This document shows, piece by piece, positions 1 to 10,475 of a stretch of DNA of 64,000 bases. The position numbers and the translations under genes are program-made. The notes under the pieces are model-generated. The model had not been told where the DNA came from and did not search any database. It worked only from the letters and a program-made list of their open reading frames with translations. Source of the DNA: Peribolospora baueri (lineage: Eukaryota); assembly GCA_029717555.1 (NCBI GenBank), contig JAMDHS010000015.1, forward strand, positions 186,001-250,000, read 5' to 3'. Every line of letters starts with the position of its first letter. Within the stretch, counting starts at the first letter, position 1.

Positions 1-1189
1 CCGCACCTCGGCGCTCCCACTGGCGAGCCCAGCCCCCATCGCTTCGACGCTTGTCCTCCCGCCATCCCTCGCGGGAAGGCTACCCATATACCCCCGTCGT
101 CCATTCACCTTGTGGACTCACTCTACCCGGTCACGACGCTTCGATCAGCGATCGATACCCTCTCCCCGATTCGCCTTTCTTTCTTTCTTGTTCGCCGACG
201 GCGACGCGCGCTCCGCTCTCGGTAAAGTCTTTCTTGTATCCCTCAAATCGTTCCAAGCGTCCCACAACCCGTTCGTTCGTCCTTATACCATTCGTCGCTC
301 GCTCTCCACCCCTCGCAACACAACACGCCCGTTTTGCCCGGTCCCCCCCCGTTTCTCCCCCGTCATGCCATCATCATCGTCTGTCTGTCCATCTGTCTGT
401 TTGTACTGCTATCCTGCCCGTTCGTCACCCGCTCCCGCTCTCCCGTCTGTGCTGTGGCCGTCCCGTCCCGTCCCGTCCCGTCGCGTCTCGTCTTCTGTCA
501 CGCTCGTCTTGTCTTGTTCTCGTTACGGTCTTTTTGCGTCGTTTCCCGTCCTTCCCCTGAATGTATCTTTTTACCATGGATGGACGTTCTCGTCACACAG
601 CCCACGGCGACGAAGGCGAAGGCGAGGGCGGGACGATCAGATCGATGTTCGGCTCTGGACCGAGACTCGGAAGCACTATCTATATATACCCTGGCGGCGA
701 GGGATCTTGGAGCCGAGGAGCTTTGTTTGTTTGTCTTGTTGGTCGAGTGGGGGGTCGTGTTCTGTTGTGAAGCCCGTACTTCCTCACATCTTTTCATCCT
801 TTCCCGCAGCGCTCCCCAATTCCCTCTCCCTCCACCGCCGCTCGCTCGCTCATGCCGTCCTCCTTCTGCCGCACCTGCTCACACCTCGTCTCGCCTCCAT
901 CGCTCCTTCGCCCGTGCCGAGTCCCGGATGTTAGGATGGACGTCGTTTGAGTGGCCGAGCGAAGGTAAGTAAAATAAAAAGAGGAGGACGCTAGGTCGTC
1001 GTCGTCGCTCGCTGGCACCGACCGACCGACTTCAACGTCACACGGCCCTGGTACTTGCGTCGTCGTCGCCGTCGTCACCGTCCTCCTCGTCGCCCTCCAG
1101 TCCGACTTTGGGGGACAAGCGCCGAGCACAGGGCCGTGTTCGGTGCCCCTCCACGCAGCTAGCTCGGCGCGGGCCACGCAGGGGCAGTT

Positions 1190-1218
1190 TAGGTCAAGTC
1201 AGGTCAGGTCAGGTCAGG
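1190..1218. repeat. (TCAGG)n simple repeat
   Basis: taggtcaagtcaggtcaggtcaggtcagg seen directly. Confidence 0.7.
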
Positions 1219-1624
1219 CGCTCATCGTCACCGACGATAAGTTAAACAAGCGGAGTGAGAGTCTTCTTGTGGCCGCCCTTCGCGCCCACGACTTGCTGGA
1301 TTGTGCGCGTTCGGCTCAGCAGTAGCGCATGTCACGTCCGTCTGGAGCCCTTCTTCGTCATGTAAGCCGGCACGGAGCTAACGCCGGTGCCAGAGGGCGG
1401 GCGTTGAAGAAAGGTAGGAAAAAGGCGTGTTTGCCCTCGCCTCGCCTCGTCCCACTTGGCAAGTCTCCCCATCCCATCCGTCCTGTCCCGCCCATAGCGC
1501 CCGAGCTGCCAGCGTGCGTGCGTGCGCGAGCGCTTGTGAAAATGCGACGCGATACGACGCGACTCGCGTATCCTCGTCCTCGTCCTCGTCCGGAAGGGAC
1601 TTGGCGCCCTCGAGAAAGCTGGCA

Positions 1625-3100
1625 ATGTATCGTCACTGGCGACACCACAAGCTCGGGATACCGTCCGTACTCAGCGCCATCAACTTGCTTGGCAAGGCCG
1701 ATATCACAGGCCCTCCTTCTTCGCCTCTCTTTCCTCTTCCATCTCCACGCTTTCTTGCCGGTGGTGGAATCGCCGTCGGCGACTTTGCCAAGTCCACCGC
1801 GGCCTCGCCCGCCGTGCTCACCGGGCCTGACCGCGGCACCGTGTTTCACGAAGTGAAGAGGCTGCGAGAGGCAAAAGACCAAGGAGAGGAAAGCGAAGTG
1901 GAGAGTAGGGGCCGGGTGCATGTGCCTGCTCGTCAGGGTGAGTCTACTAGCGCCCTCTTTGCTGTTCGGCCGAGTCGAGTCGCTTAGGGTCTGTTCTCCT
2001 CCCTTTCCTTTCCGTTTTAGGTTGTGTCCGTCTGCTTCGCAGTCGGCTACGTTATTCATTTCGTACTTCTCCGGTCCCGCTTCTCCTCCTCTTCTCCTAC
2101 CGGCGTAGACCTTCCCTCCCCAGACCCGCTCCTACAGGCCGTTAGCGCGTCCGCGGGCATTCTAGAGGGCTGTGTGCGCCATGTGTGCATTCGTGGTGGG
2201 AACGTATCTGCGCATGGTGAGTAGCAGCCGTTCTTGTTGAACAAGGCCGTGTCGCATGCCGGCCTGACGTCTTGGTGGTCTTTGCCGCCGTCCACGTCAT
2301 TCGTTTCGGATACCCGTCCTTTTTCTGGCTTATCTCTCGGCCCTCGTCACTGTTGTACCAGCGGTGACGAATTTGGCCATGATTCTCCTATGGCATAGGC
2401 AGTACTCTTCACATTCGACTTTTTCCACCTCTTCCTCGTCATCTCTCTTCCCTCTCACACGCTCACCCGACCTCCGCTGTGGAGCCTGGGACCTTGACCT
2501 CACATGGCGCGCCGGCTCCCACTACCTCGTTGCGATCCGTGCGCCCCATTCTTCTATCTGGCGTCCTTCTCGTCGCTCTCGCCACTGGGCTCCAGCGCAA
2601 GGAGACGTCGGTCTCCTCTATGGCCTCGAGATCCTCCTTGGTACGTCGTCCTGACACGACGTGTCCGCAGTGTTCCCATCACGTCGTCGATCATCGTCTT
2701 TGGGCCCCCCTACTGACTTGGAATGCCACCCCTTCTCCACGTTCGAATTTTACGGTCGATTCAAAGAGGCCTCAGCCAAACCGACATTCAACCGCTCCTG
2801 ATCATCGCCGCCCAGCTGAACGCATCCTGAGAAGATCTGGCAGTGTGCATGGGCCTGATCACCCACCAGTCCTTCCCACCGGACTTTAAGAAGAAGAAGA
2901 AGAAGCCTTCAACCGCGACGGCCGCAGACGATATCGAGTCCGGCCGCCCAATGACGCGAGGTGGCTCGACGCCGCGTCGGGTGATGCGGCAGGGCCAACG
3001 GAGGAGAGATAAAAATGGTGAATCATCGGATGCTCTTGTCATACCCCTCGGAATACCCCAAAGCCCCCTTCCTCCTTTGGGATTCATGAACCCAACCCGC
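1625..3100 (+). pseudogene. Possible degenerate membrane-protein gene (fragments only)
   Basis: Splice-like signals (donors GTGAGT ~1938 and ~2217, GTACGT 2641; acceptors ~2020, 2137, 2361) flank hydrophobic fragments (MCLLVR, VVSVCFAVGY, NLAMILLW, PILLSGVLLVALA, QPLLIIAAQLNAS*EDLAVCMGL, then a KKKKKK...DDIESG tail). In-frame TGAs are present and I could not build an intact frame. Confidence 0.25.
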
Positions 3101-3238
3101 ACCTGGACGACTTGTCTCCGGCAAAGTAATCATGCACTTTATCTCTTCTCGTTTCAGTCCTGTTCGTTCTCATGCACTTTGTCTCTTACTGCTCTTTCTC
3201 CGATTATCGCCAAGCATACTGGGATGGCATCACCCGAC

Positions 3239-3943
3239 TCAAGCAGACGGACGACCCGCCCTACGATCCTCCCGTCGTTGGTTGAGCTGAGAGTGAATAC
3301 AGAAAAAGTTTAGAATGACCGCTAATCAATCTTGGAATCGAGGAAAGACCGATGTGGAGCGCAACTTCGGCACGACTCACCCAGATCTTTTTACACTCCC
3401 TGTACGCATCGAAAGCCTCTTTGCAAAGGTCTCTTTTGTAATTATTCCGGTCCAGACATTGCATTGACTCCTGACCACGGTAGGGAAACGTGCGATCGCG
3501 TCTGCTTTCAGCTCAGGACGGCTTAACGGTCTGCGGCGTACAGCTCTCGCGAGACGAATACCGGCAGACCCGAGCGCATCCGGTGCAACCGCTCACCTTG
3601 GCGGCGGCCTCGCAGCTGGGAAAATCCAGGGGAACGGTGAGCAATAATCCAGATAAAGCCAGTCGGGAACGCAAAGAAACAAGGAAGAGGAGACCGGCAC
3701 TCACGGGTCGGCAAACTTGGATGGCGTTTTGCTCCCCAGCGTCTTGCGGTAGTCGTTCGGCACGCGCACCGACGTCGCGGTCTTGGCGTCTGAAGGAACA
3801 CAAAGCGGACCGGCGAAATAAAACACGAGACGATGAGGGTGCTCGTCTGACAAATACTATTTCTGGCTTTGGCGTCATGGCATGCTCTTGCGAAGCGACT
3901 CTTGTACGACCCACGCATGCATACCTTGCTCGCCTTGCGACAT
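3239..3943 (-). CDS. COX23: Cytochrome c oxidase assembly factor Cox23 (twin CX9C), 5 exons
   Basis: Spliced product [86 protein letters not shown]. Shows twin CX9C spacing and the S(K)FxDPC motif. Confidence 0.9.
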
Positions 3944-4138
3944 GGTCGTTGCGGGGCGACCGACCACCAAGTCCCCGAGCCACGGAAAAGTAGGGTTGAT
4001 GCCGCAGTCAGCGCCGCAGTCTTGTGGTGCGGTCGGCCTGTCTGGTCGAGCGACCTTCTCCGACGGCGACTTTCGTCCCAGACCTGTCTGTCACCGACAC
4101 ACCTCCTCCGGCCAGGCAGAGCCTCTCGACGCAGCACC

Positions 4139-4832
4139 ATGGTGGTCCGACTCCGTTTAGCGCGGCACGGCACGCGCAACAACCCCTTCTATCACATCGT
4201 CGCCATTAACGACTTCAAGGCCCGGGATGCCAGGCCGATCGAGAAGCTTGGCGAGTACGACCCGATCCCAAGGTCCCTTCCTCCGCCGAGAGGGATGGAT
4301 GCAGTGAGGAGGGTGGTGGAGGAGATGAGGGCTCGGAAGGGAAAGGCGAAGGAGGAAGGCGCGTTGTCATCGTCATCGTCGTCGTCACCGTCGGCACCGG
4401 CGGACAAGCTGAAGACGGAGAAGAGGGTGGAGTGGAACGTAGAGAGGATACGCTATTGGCTCAGCGTCGGCGCGCAACCTAGCAAGCCCGTCGCGAGGTT
4501 GTTGGACAAGGTCAGTCTCTCGACTCGCACGGTGGTGGTCAGGATATGTGTTCTGTCTCTACAGGCCTCCCCGGTCTTGCTGAAGGCGACGACGGACTTC
4601 ACTTACCTTCGCCCGACTCGCTTCCTGGCGGCTCGCCCACCCCGTCTCCCTCCCGATTCCCCTCGCCTCGCAGGCTGGTCTTATCCCCGAAGGCAAGCAC
4701 TATAAGGGCATCTACCGGCCGCCGACAACTTCCGCGTCCGCCGCCGCCACCGGTCAACAGCCAGCTTCCTCCTCCCCGCTTAATTTCGTAGAGGTGGCCA
4801 CCAGTTATGATCGCCGTCGTCCTACCGCCTAG
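4139..4832 (+). CDS. MRPS16: Mitochondrial ribosomal protein bS16m, 2 exons
   Basis: MVVRLRLARHGTRNNPFYHIVAI...RDARPIEKLGEYDPIP...VERIRYWLSVGAQPSKPVARLLDK|AGLIP. Intron 4511-4673. Confidence 0.95.
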
Positions 4833-5198
4833 TCCTCCTCCCTTAGAGGTCAACGAAGTTTCGCGACGCCTCAGAAGCGGATGAGAAGGACGTTCTTTGT
4901 ACATAGATGAGACGGCGGATAACGGAAAGGAATGGCGCACAAGAGAAGAGGTGCAACAGATTTCCTGGGCGACCATGTTGGCGCTGGACGGCGAAATATT
5001 TGCACGATGCATTGCATTGCAATCGATGTATTCGACTACAATGAGAACATTCGACATAATGACATCACGAACGGTACACGAAACGGGCTGCGCGCCCTAC
5101 GCCAATGCCTGCTCCTTCCCTGCCAGGGCTTGCCTCAATAAAATACGCTCCTACGCCCCTCGTCGGCGCGCCAACCCGCCGCCGCAGGGGACGACCTC

Positions 5199-8100
5199 TC
5201 ACTCATCCCTCGGCCTCGTCGAGCTGGTAGCCTGAAAAGTCGACATGCCGAGGCCTTTCAGCATCACCTCCACGTCTCGCGCGTCCGCTTGGAGAGTGTT
5301 GCTTAGGTGGTTCAGGCCCGTTTGCTCATCGGAGAGGATCTGAATAGGTAAAAGTTAAGGGGAGGAAAGCAGACAACGAATGTCCGTCCACCGCGTACGC
5401 CAAACAGTCTTCGTCAGCTGCGCCGTTTCGCGAATAGATTACAATAAGAACGCTTGAAAGGAGACCAAAGCTCACCTTAGCTACCCTCCGCATTCCCTCT
5501 TCATCAACAACGGCCCACTCGACGCTGCTGTCCCTTCCAGCTCTCCTCTCCTGCTCTCTCCTTGCCCTCACTACGCCGATCTGGGCCCACACGTCATGGA
5601 TCCTCATCTTCAGCCTCCCCTCTTCAAAGCCAGCCGTACCCCGACCACCAGCGAGCTCCGCCTGGAGTTCCATCAGTTGCGACCGGAGCGCGGCTTCCTC
5701 CGGCCGAACAGGCAGGGAGCGCACGGGGGTAATGAGCAGATGGATGCGGTGGACGAGAGAGAGAAGACGGGCAGAGAGCGCCGCGTGCTCCTGCGCAGCT
5801 CTCGAAACACGAATGGACGTAGAGAGCGAATGGCGTTGGGACAGAGACTGCAGGCGCTCGGAGATTTCCTAAAAGTGGAGGACGAGCAGAAGCGGAAATA
5901 AGTACCTGACGACTTAGAAGGTAGCGGCGCCTCAAATGGAACGGGAAGGCCAGCTCACAGCAAGTTTGATTTGATGGGCTTGAGCCTGCTTCTTCTGGGC
6001 ATCGACTCGCTTCTTCAGGTCCTCGAAGCCTACGGCGAGGACGGGAATCATACTACAAAAGCAAGGTAGAAGTGAACAAAAGTCCACATTCTGACAAGAT
6101 CATCACGCGGTGCTGACGCGGGTGGGGGCTCACCAAGACGGATCGGGTGCCTCCTGTTTGGCCTTCTGGTATCGCGCCATCGCAAACTCGTTTTGCATCG
6201 CAGCTGGCGGTGGCGAGTATGAATTGACCTGAGCTGGATCCACAACGTTGTAGAAGTACGCCTGAGGCATTGAAAAAGAAAAGCAAGACGTGTTAAACGC
6301 TCGTGTCTCGCCTTTCTAGCCTTGGGTTTGCAAAGGACTCACCTGGAATCTACAATCCGGGCTGCTGGGGTCCCAGGCATTCATGATGGCCAAGATCTTG
6401 TCATTCAAAACTGGGCCGTACCTCTGCAGCATCTGATTGTGGTCGAGCTGCGGGGCCGGAGCCTGTCCCATCGTTGACGACTGAGCTTGGCCCAGCTGGG
6501 ATGCCGAAGTGCCCAACCCACTCTTTCCAGTACCGGTCGTCGACGCACCCGGAGTTGCCGTCGTAGTGGTGGTGGCCAGCTTGCTACCGAAAGAGCCAAA
6601 TGTGGGCAAGGTTGTCGCGGTAGTAGAGGCGGAGGCCGGCAGCGACGAAGTTGTGGAAGTGGTAGTTCCGGTTGTCTCCGTGGTGGATGACTTCGCAAGC
6701 CCAAATGCTACTTTCTTCTCGCTAGGCTCCTTCGTCGCAGCACCTGTAGACGCATCAGCGCCACCACCTTGCTTCTGCTGATCCTCCTGCTTCCCGGCCT
6801 GAGCACCGCCCGATCCAAACAGCCCACCGAACGAGCTTGGTTTCGTCGTGGAGCCGGCGGACCCAAAGAGGGAGGATGCTTGACTGGTACCGGCGTTGGT
6901 GGTGGCGAGGAAATTGAGTCCAGTCTTTTTCTCACCAGATTCAGTCTTAGCAGCATCAGTGGATGTCCCAGCAGCTCCCTGTTGACTCTGCTGCTGTTGT
7001 CCGGCTTGATTTGCACTCGATCCAAACAGCCCTTTGAACGGGGTCGAGGTAGATATCTGCGTAGACGTCTTTTTCTCATCAGCCTGGCTTGTAGCAGTGC
7101 TTGGAGTTGCTCCGAAGCCGCCGAAAACTGTCCCGGTGCTGGCCGTGCCTGATCCTTTGCTTCCAGCGGCAGAAGACGACAATCCACTCAGCGTGGACGA
7201 ACCAACAGTGCCGCTGCCAAACGAGAATCCGCCCGGCTTAGGAGTGGTGGCTCCAGATGAGCTGCCGCCAAAAAGGCTTCCACCCGACAAACTCGGAACT
7301 TGCAAAACCGGTGCCGTTGACGATGTGGTCGAAGCTTGCGTGGTCGATGCTGTCGTTGCCGCTGACGTCCCAGTACTTCCCGCCTGTGACTGCTGCTGTG
7401 TCCCGCTTGATCCGAATGCCTCCGCTGGAGAAGCTTTGCCAAACGAAAAAGAGGAGCCGCTACCCAGCCCGGATGTTCCGGCCACCGGAGTGCCAGAACC
7501 AGCTGCACTACCAAAGATGTTTCCCGTAGTGGACGTCGACGTCTGGGCGCTCGGCGTGATTGTAGAAGTGGAAGACCCGCCGCCGAAGATGTTTGAAGAT
7601 GACGACGCCAAGGTGGACGATGTACCGCCAAAAATATTTGAAGACGAAGGCGCCGAGGTGGAAGATGTGCTGCCAAAGATGCCTCCAGCCGCGGGCGCCT
7701 TAGGCTGCGTAGTCGGCGTGGTCGAACCTGCCGAGCCTGGGCCTCCCGCTTCACTGCCGAAGGCCGACAATCCCGGACCCGACCCTGATATGGGCGTGCC
7801 AGGCGCGGAACTACCAAAAGCAGGGCTGCGAAACCCTGCATTTCCACCGAACGCGTTTCCCGCCGCTGGGGCAGATATCGTGCTCGTACTTGTGGTGGTG
7901 GAGGGGTTCGCGCCTCCAAAAAGAGAGGAGCCTGCCGCAGGAGCGGGCGTGCTTGCGGGCGTGGTGGAGGCAGAGGTAGCGCCAAATTGTGTGGAGGTCG
8001 AGCTGGTTCCAAAAGCCGATGGCGTGGAACCGGCACCCGTGGAGCCGAACCCAAAGGTGGATGGTGTGGAGCTGAACGCTGCCGGCTTCGAGCTGGCCCC

Positions 8101-8535
8101 AAAGGCCGATGGTGTGGAGCTAGCTCCTTTTGAGCCAAACGCAAAGGCTGGTGGAGTCGAACTGGTCCCAGAAGCTGATGCCGTCGAGCCACCCCCAGAA
8201 GCTGGCGGTGTCGAGGTGGCCCCAAACGCCGATGGTGTCGAGCCTACTCCTTTGGAGCCAAAGGTGAATGTCGACTGCGTCTGGCCAAAGGCTGATGGTG
8301 ACGAGCTAGCACCAAAGGCTGATGGCGCCGATGTTGACTTGGACGCCTCTCCCATCGAAGATGAGCCCTGCGACTCGTTCTCGCTCGACTTCCCAAAGGA
8401 GAACTTGGGCCCGTCGGTCTTGCCTGCATGTCAAGTGAATTAAATAGACATCTGAGCGCTCCAAACTAACTTTAAGCTCGGCTTCTACCCAACCAAATAA
8501 TCTTACTCACCGAAATTGAAGCCAGTGCCGGACAT
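5199..8535 (-). CDS. NUP57: FG-repeat nucleoporin Nup57/Nup54
   Basis: Long FG-repeat N-terminal region, then AWDPSSPDCRFQ|AYFYN...|MIPVLAVGFEDLKKRV and a C-terminal coiled coil (ILSDEQTGLNHLSNTLQ). This fits the Nup54/57 family. Confidence 0.88.
7990..8345 (-). repeat. Coding tandem repeats of STPSAFG-like units
   Basis: Recurring DNA unit similar to ccaaaggccgatggtg(t/c)gga on the + strand, encoding (S)TPSAFG(A/S/T). Confidence 0.8.
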
Positions 8536-8631
8536 GGTGGACGGATGGCGGTGATCTCTCAACTAGAAGTCCAGACGATCAACAAAAGGGAGCGGCGACG
8601 ACATAGCGATCCGCATCAACCGCAGCAAAAA

Positions 8632-8639
8632 TCACGTGA
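8632..8639. promoter_or_regulatory. Palindromic E-box TCACGTGA in the NUP57/MRP20 divergent promoter
   Basis: Exact motif near the centre of a ~225-bp head-to-head intergenic region. Function is inferred only. Confidence 0.35.
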
Positions 8640-8759
8640 CAGAAACTGCCGCAGCGCTACTCACCTTGCTTTCTTCCTTTGCCCGGCTCTCGTCGGACGA
8701 TTTCGTGCATTGTTCGGCTTTTGCGAACATTTACCGACTCACCACTCCACTACTCGGTC

Positions 8760-10076
8760 ATGGCCGGCAGTGTCCGAGCAGCATTTGGTCTCCTCAGCCT
8801 TTCTGGGGCGTCGGCCTCTTCCTTGCCACTTCTCGGCGCTCGTAAGGCGTCCGCGGTAGGCCAGATCGCAACTGCATCCTGGGCCGGTCCGTCTTTCCAT
8901 GTCGGCCGACGGTCCCTGGCCACCGTCCAGGTCGGTACGCCCGTCCCTGTTGCTCTCAACACCGCCGAGTCATCCTCGCTCTCGCCTTTGCCCTCGACCG
9001 ATAGTTCCAACCGAGCGCCCTATCAGCGATCTCGGAGTTTCCGCGACAAGCTTAACGAGCTCGTCCAACAACGTTGGTTCGTGGACGAGAATGGGTACGT
9101 GGATGACGAGACCGCCCTGAAGGCTTCAATGCAGGCTTGGAACGCCCTACCCTCCGACACTGCCAGGGAGGCCGAGTATGCTTGCGCGCAGGCCTTCCGT
9201 CAGGCTATCATGCGGTGCTTTGAGGTCCGACATCAGAATTCGTTGGGAGAGGCGAGGCGGGCGTGGAAGACCATGTCCGACGAGGAGCGTAAAGAGACCT
9301 TGGAGGATCTGAGGTTTGAGTGCCTCCGTCGAGTGGGGTGGAAGAGGAACTTGGACGACGAGACGGCGAAGGAGACGTTCAAAGCGCTCGGGGCGAAAGA
9401 CAGGGCGAAAGAGGAAGCGGCGGCGTGGAGGTTTCGGGATAGGAGCAAGGTGTACGTCGATGACCAGGCGCTCGTTCTCGGCCGGCCTGGCGTCCAATGG
9501 TTTTCGTCGCCCGTGCACGTCGGCAAACTCTCCTTCCTGCCCAACACCATCGTCCGGATCGTGCGAAACCACCGCAAGCTGGTACGGGACTCGGCCACCG
9601 GCGAGCTCGTTCAGGAGCCGGAGGACCCGTGGAAGGCGACGTTCCGTGTGCCGCTGGACATGCACAAGCACGACTTCCGCAATTATCTTTCCTCCATCTA
9701 CGGCGTCGAGACAACGTGGATCAATAGCATGGTCTACCGTTCCCCGCTCAGCCGCGACACCCAGCGCCGAGTGGTGACGGGCAAGGGTCGCACGTTCAAA
9801 AAAGTGGAGGTCGGTCTAGTGGAGCCGTTCTGGTTCCCTCCGCCGCAAGATGAGCTGGTCAACGAGACGTTCATGCACAAGGACATGAGCGCCGAGAGAC
9901 GCAACAGGCTGCTCAAGTACACCAAGGCGTGGAGGTGGAGGACGAAGAAGGAGGACGGAACGATGACGAGCGGCAGAGCGACCATCCTGCGCAACTTGGC
10001 CAAAAGGAGAGCCATGCGCTTGATGGAGATCAAGGAGAGGATCCCGTCGGAATCCGTCGTGGAACAAACGGTGTAA
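8760..10076 (+). CDS. MRP20: Mitochondrial ribosomal protein uL23m with long N-terminal extension, intronless
   Basis: Presequence-like N-terminus. The uL23m core reads FLPNTIVRIVR...KATFRVPLDMHKHDFRNYLSSIYGV...FKKVEVGLVEPFWFP. Confidence 0.88.
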   Translation: MAGSVRAAFGLLSLSGASASSLPLLGARKASAVGQIATASWAGPSFHVGRRSLATVQVGTPVPVALNTAESSSLSPLPSTDSSNRAPYQRSRSFRDKLNELVQQRWFVDENGYVDDETALKASMQAWNALPSDTAREAEYACAQAFRQAIMRCFEVRHQNSLGEARRAWKTMSDEERKETLEDLRFECLRRVGWKRNLDDETAKETFKALGAKDRAKEEAAAWRFRDRSKVYVDDQALVLGRPGVQWFSSPVHVGKLSFLPNTIVRIVRNHRKLVRDSATGELVQEPEDPWKATFRVPLDMHKHDFRNYLSSIYGVETTWINSMVYRSPLSRDTQRRVVTGKGRTFKKVEVGLVEPFWFPPPQDELVNETFMHKDMSAERRNRLLKYTKAWRWRTKKEDGTMTSGRATILRNLAKRRAMRLMEIKERIPSESVVEQTV

Positions 10077-10475
10077 TCTATCTAGTTTCTCGCTCGTCTA
10101 CATTCGGTTGCTAGATGCGTTTCGCTCGTTCAAACGAGAAAAAAGGAAGCGTCGATCCTTCCAGAGGAGAGAAGCGAAGATAGATAGGCGGAAGGGAGGA
10201 GCACGGAAACAAGCGAGCAAGAACGCAAGCGCGCGTCCGCCTCCGCCCCCTTCATCGCGGCGCGGCGCGGGTACGGCAGTGTACGGCAAAGCGAGAGCAG
10301 ACAAGTCTAGAAGGAGGTCGGTTTGCAGGATGGGACCGGGGGGGGGGAGGGGCAAAAATGATATATAACGCTCAAAACGCCAAGACGAAGCGAAAACAGA
10401 GGAGGACCTCGCTCATAGCGCACGACTTGGAGGGGACCCGTGATCGCGATACGTTCGCCCCACTACGAGCGGTGA

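Noticed and set aside
51..972. Overlapping 169-274 aa ORFs at the window start
   Set aside because: Low-complexity, pyrimidine-rich and repeat-containing. They look like UTR or intergenic DNA in a GC-rich genome.
7034..8443. 469-aa + strand ORF
   Set aside because: Antisense shadow of the repetitive NUP57 FG exon, with no independent domain signal.
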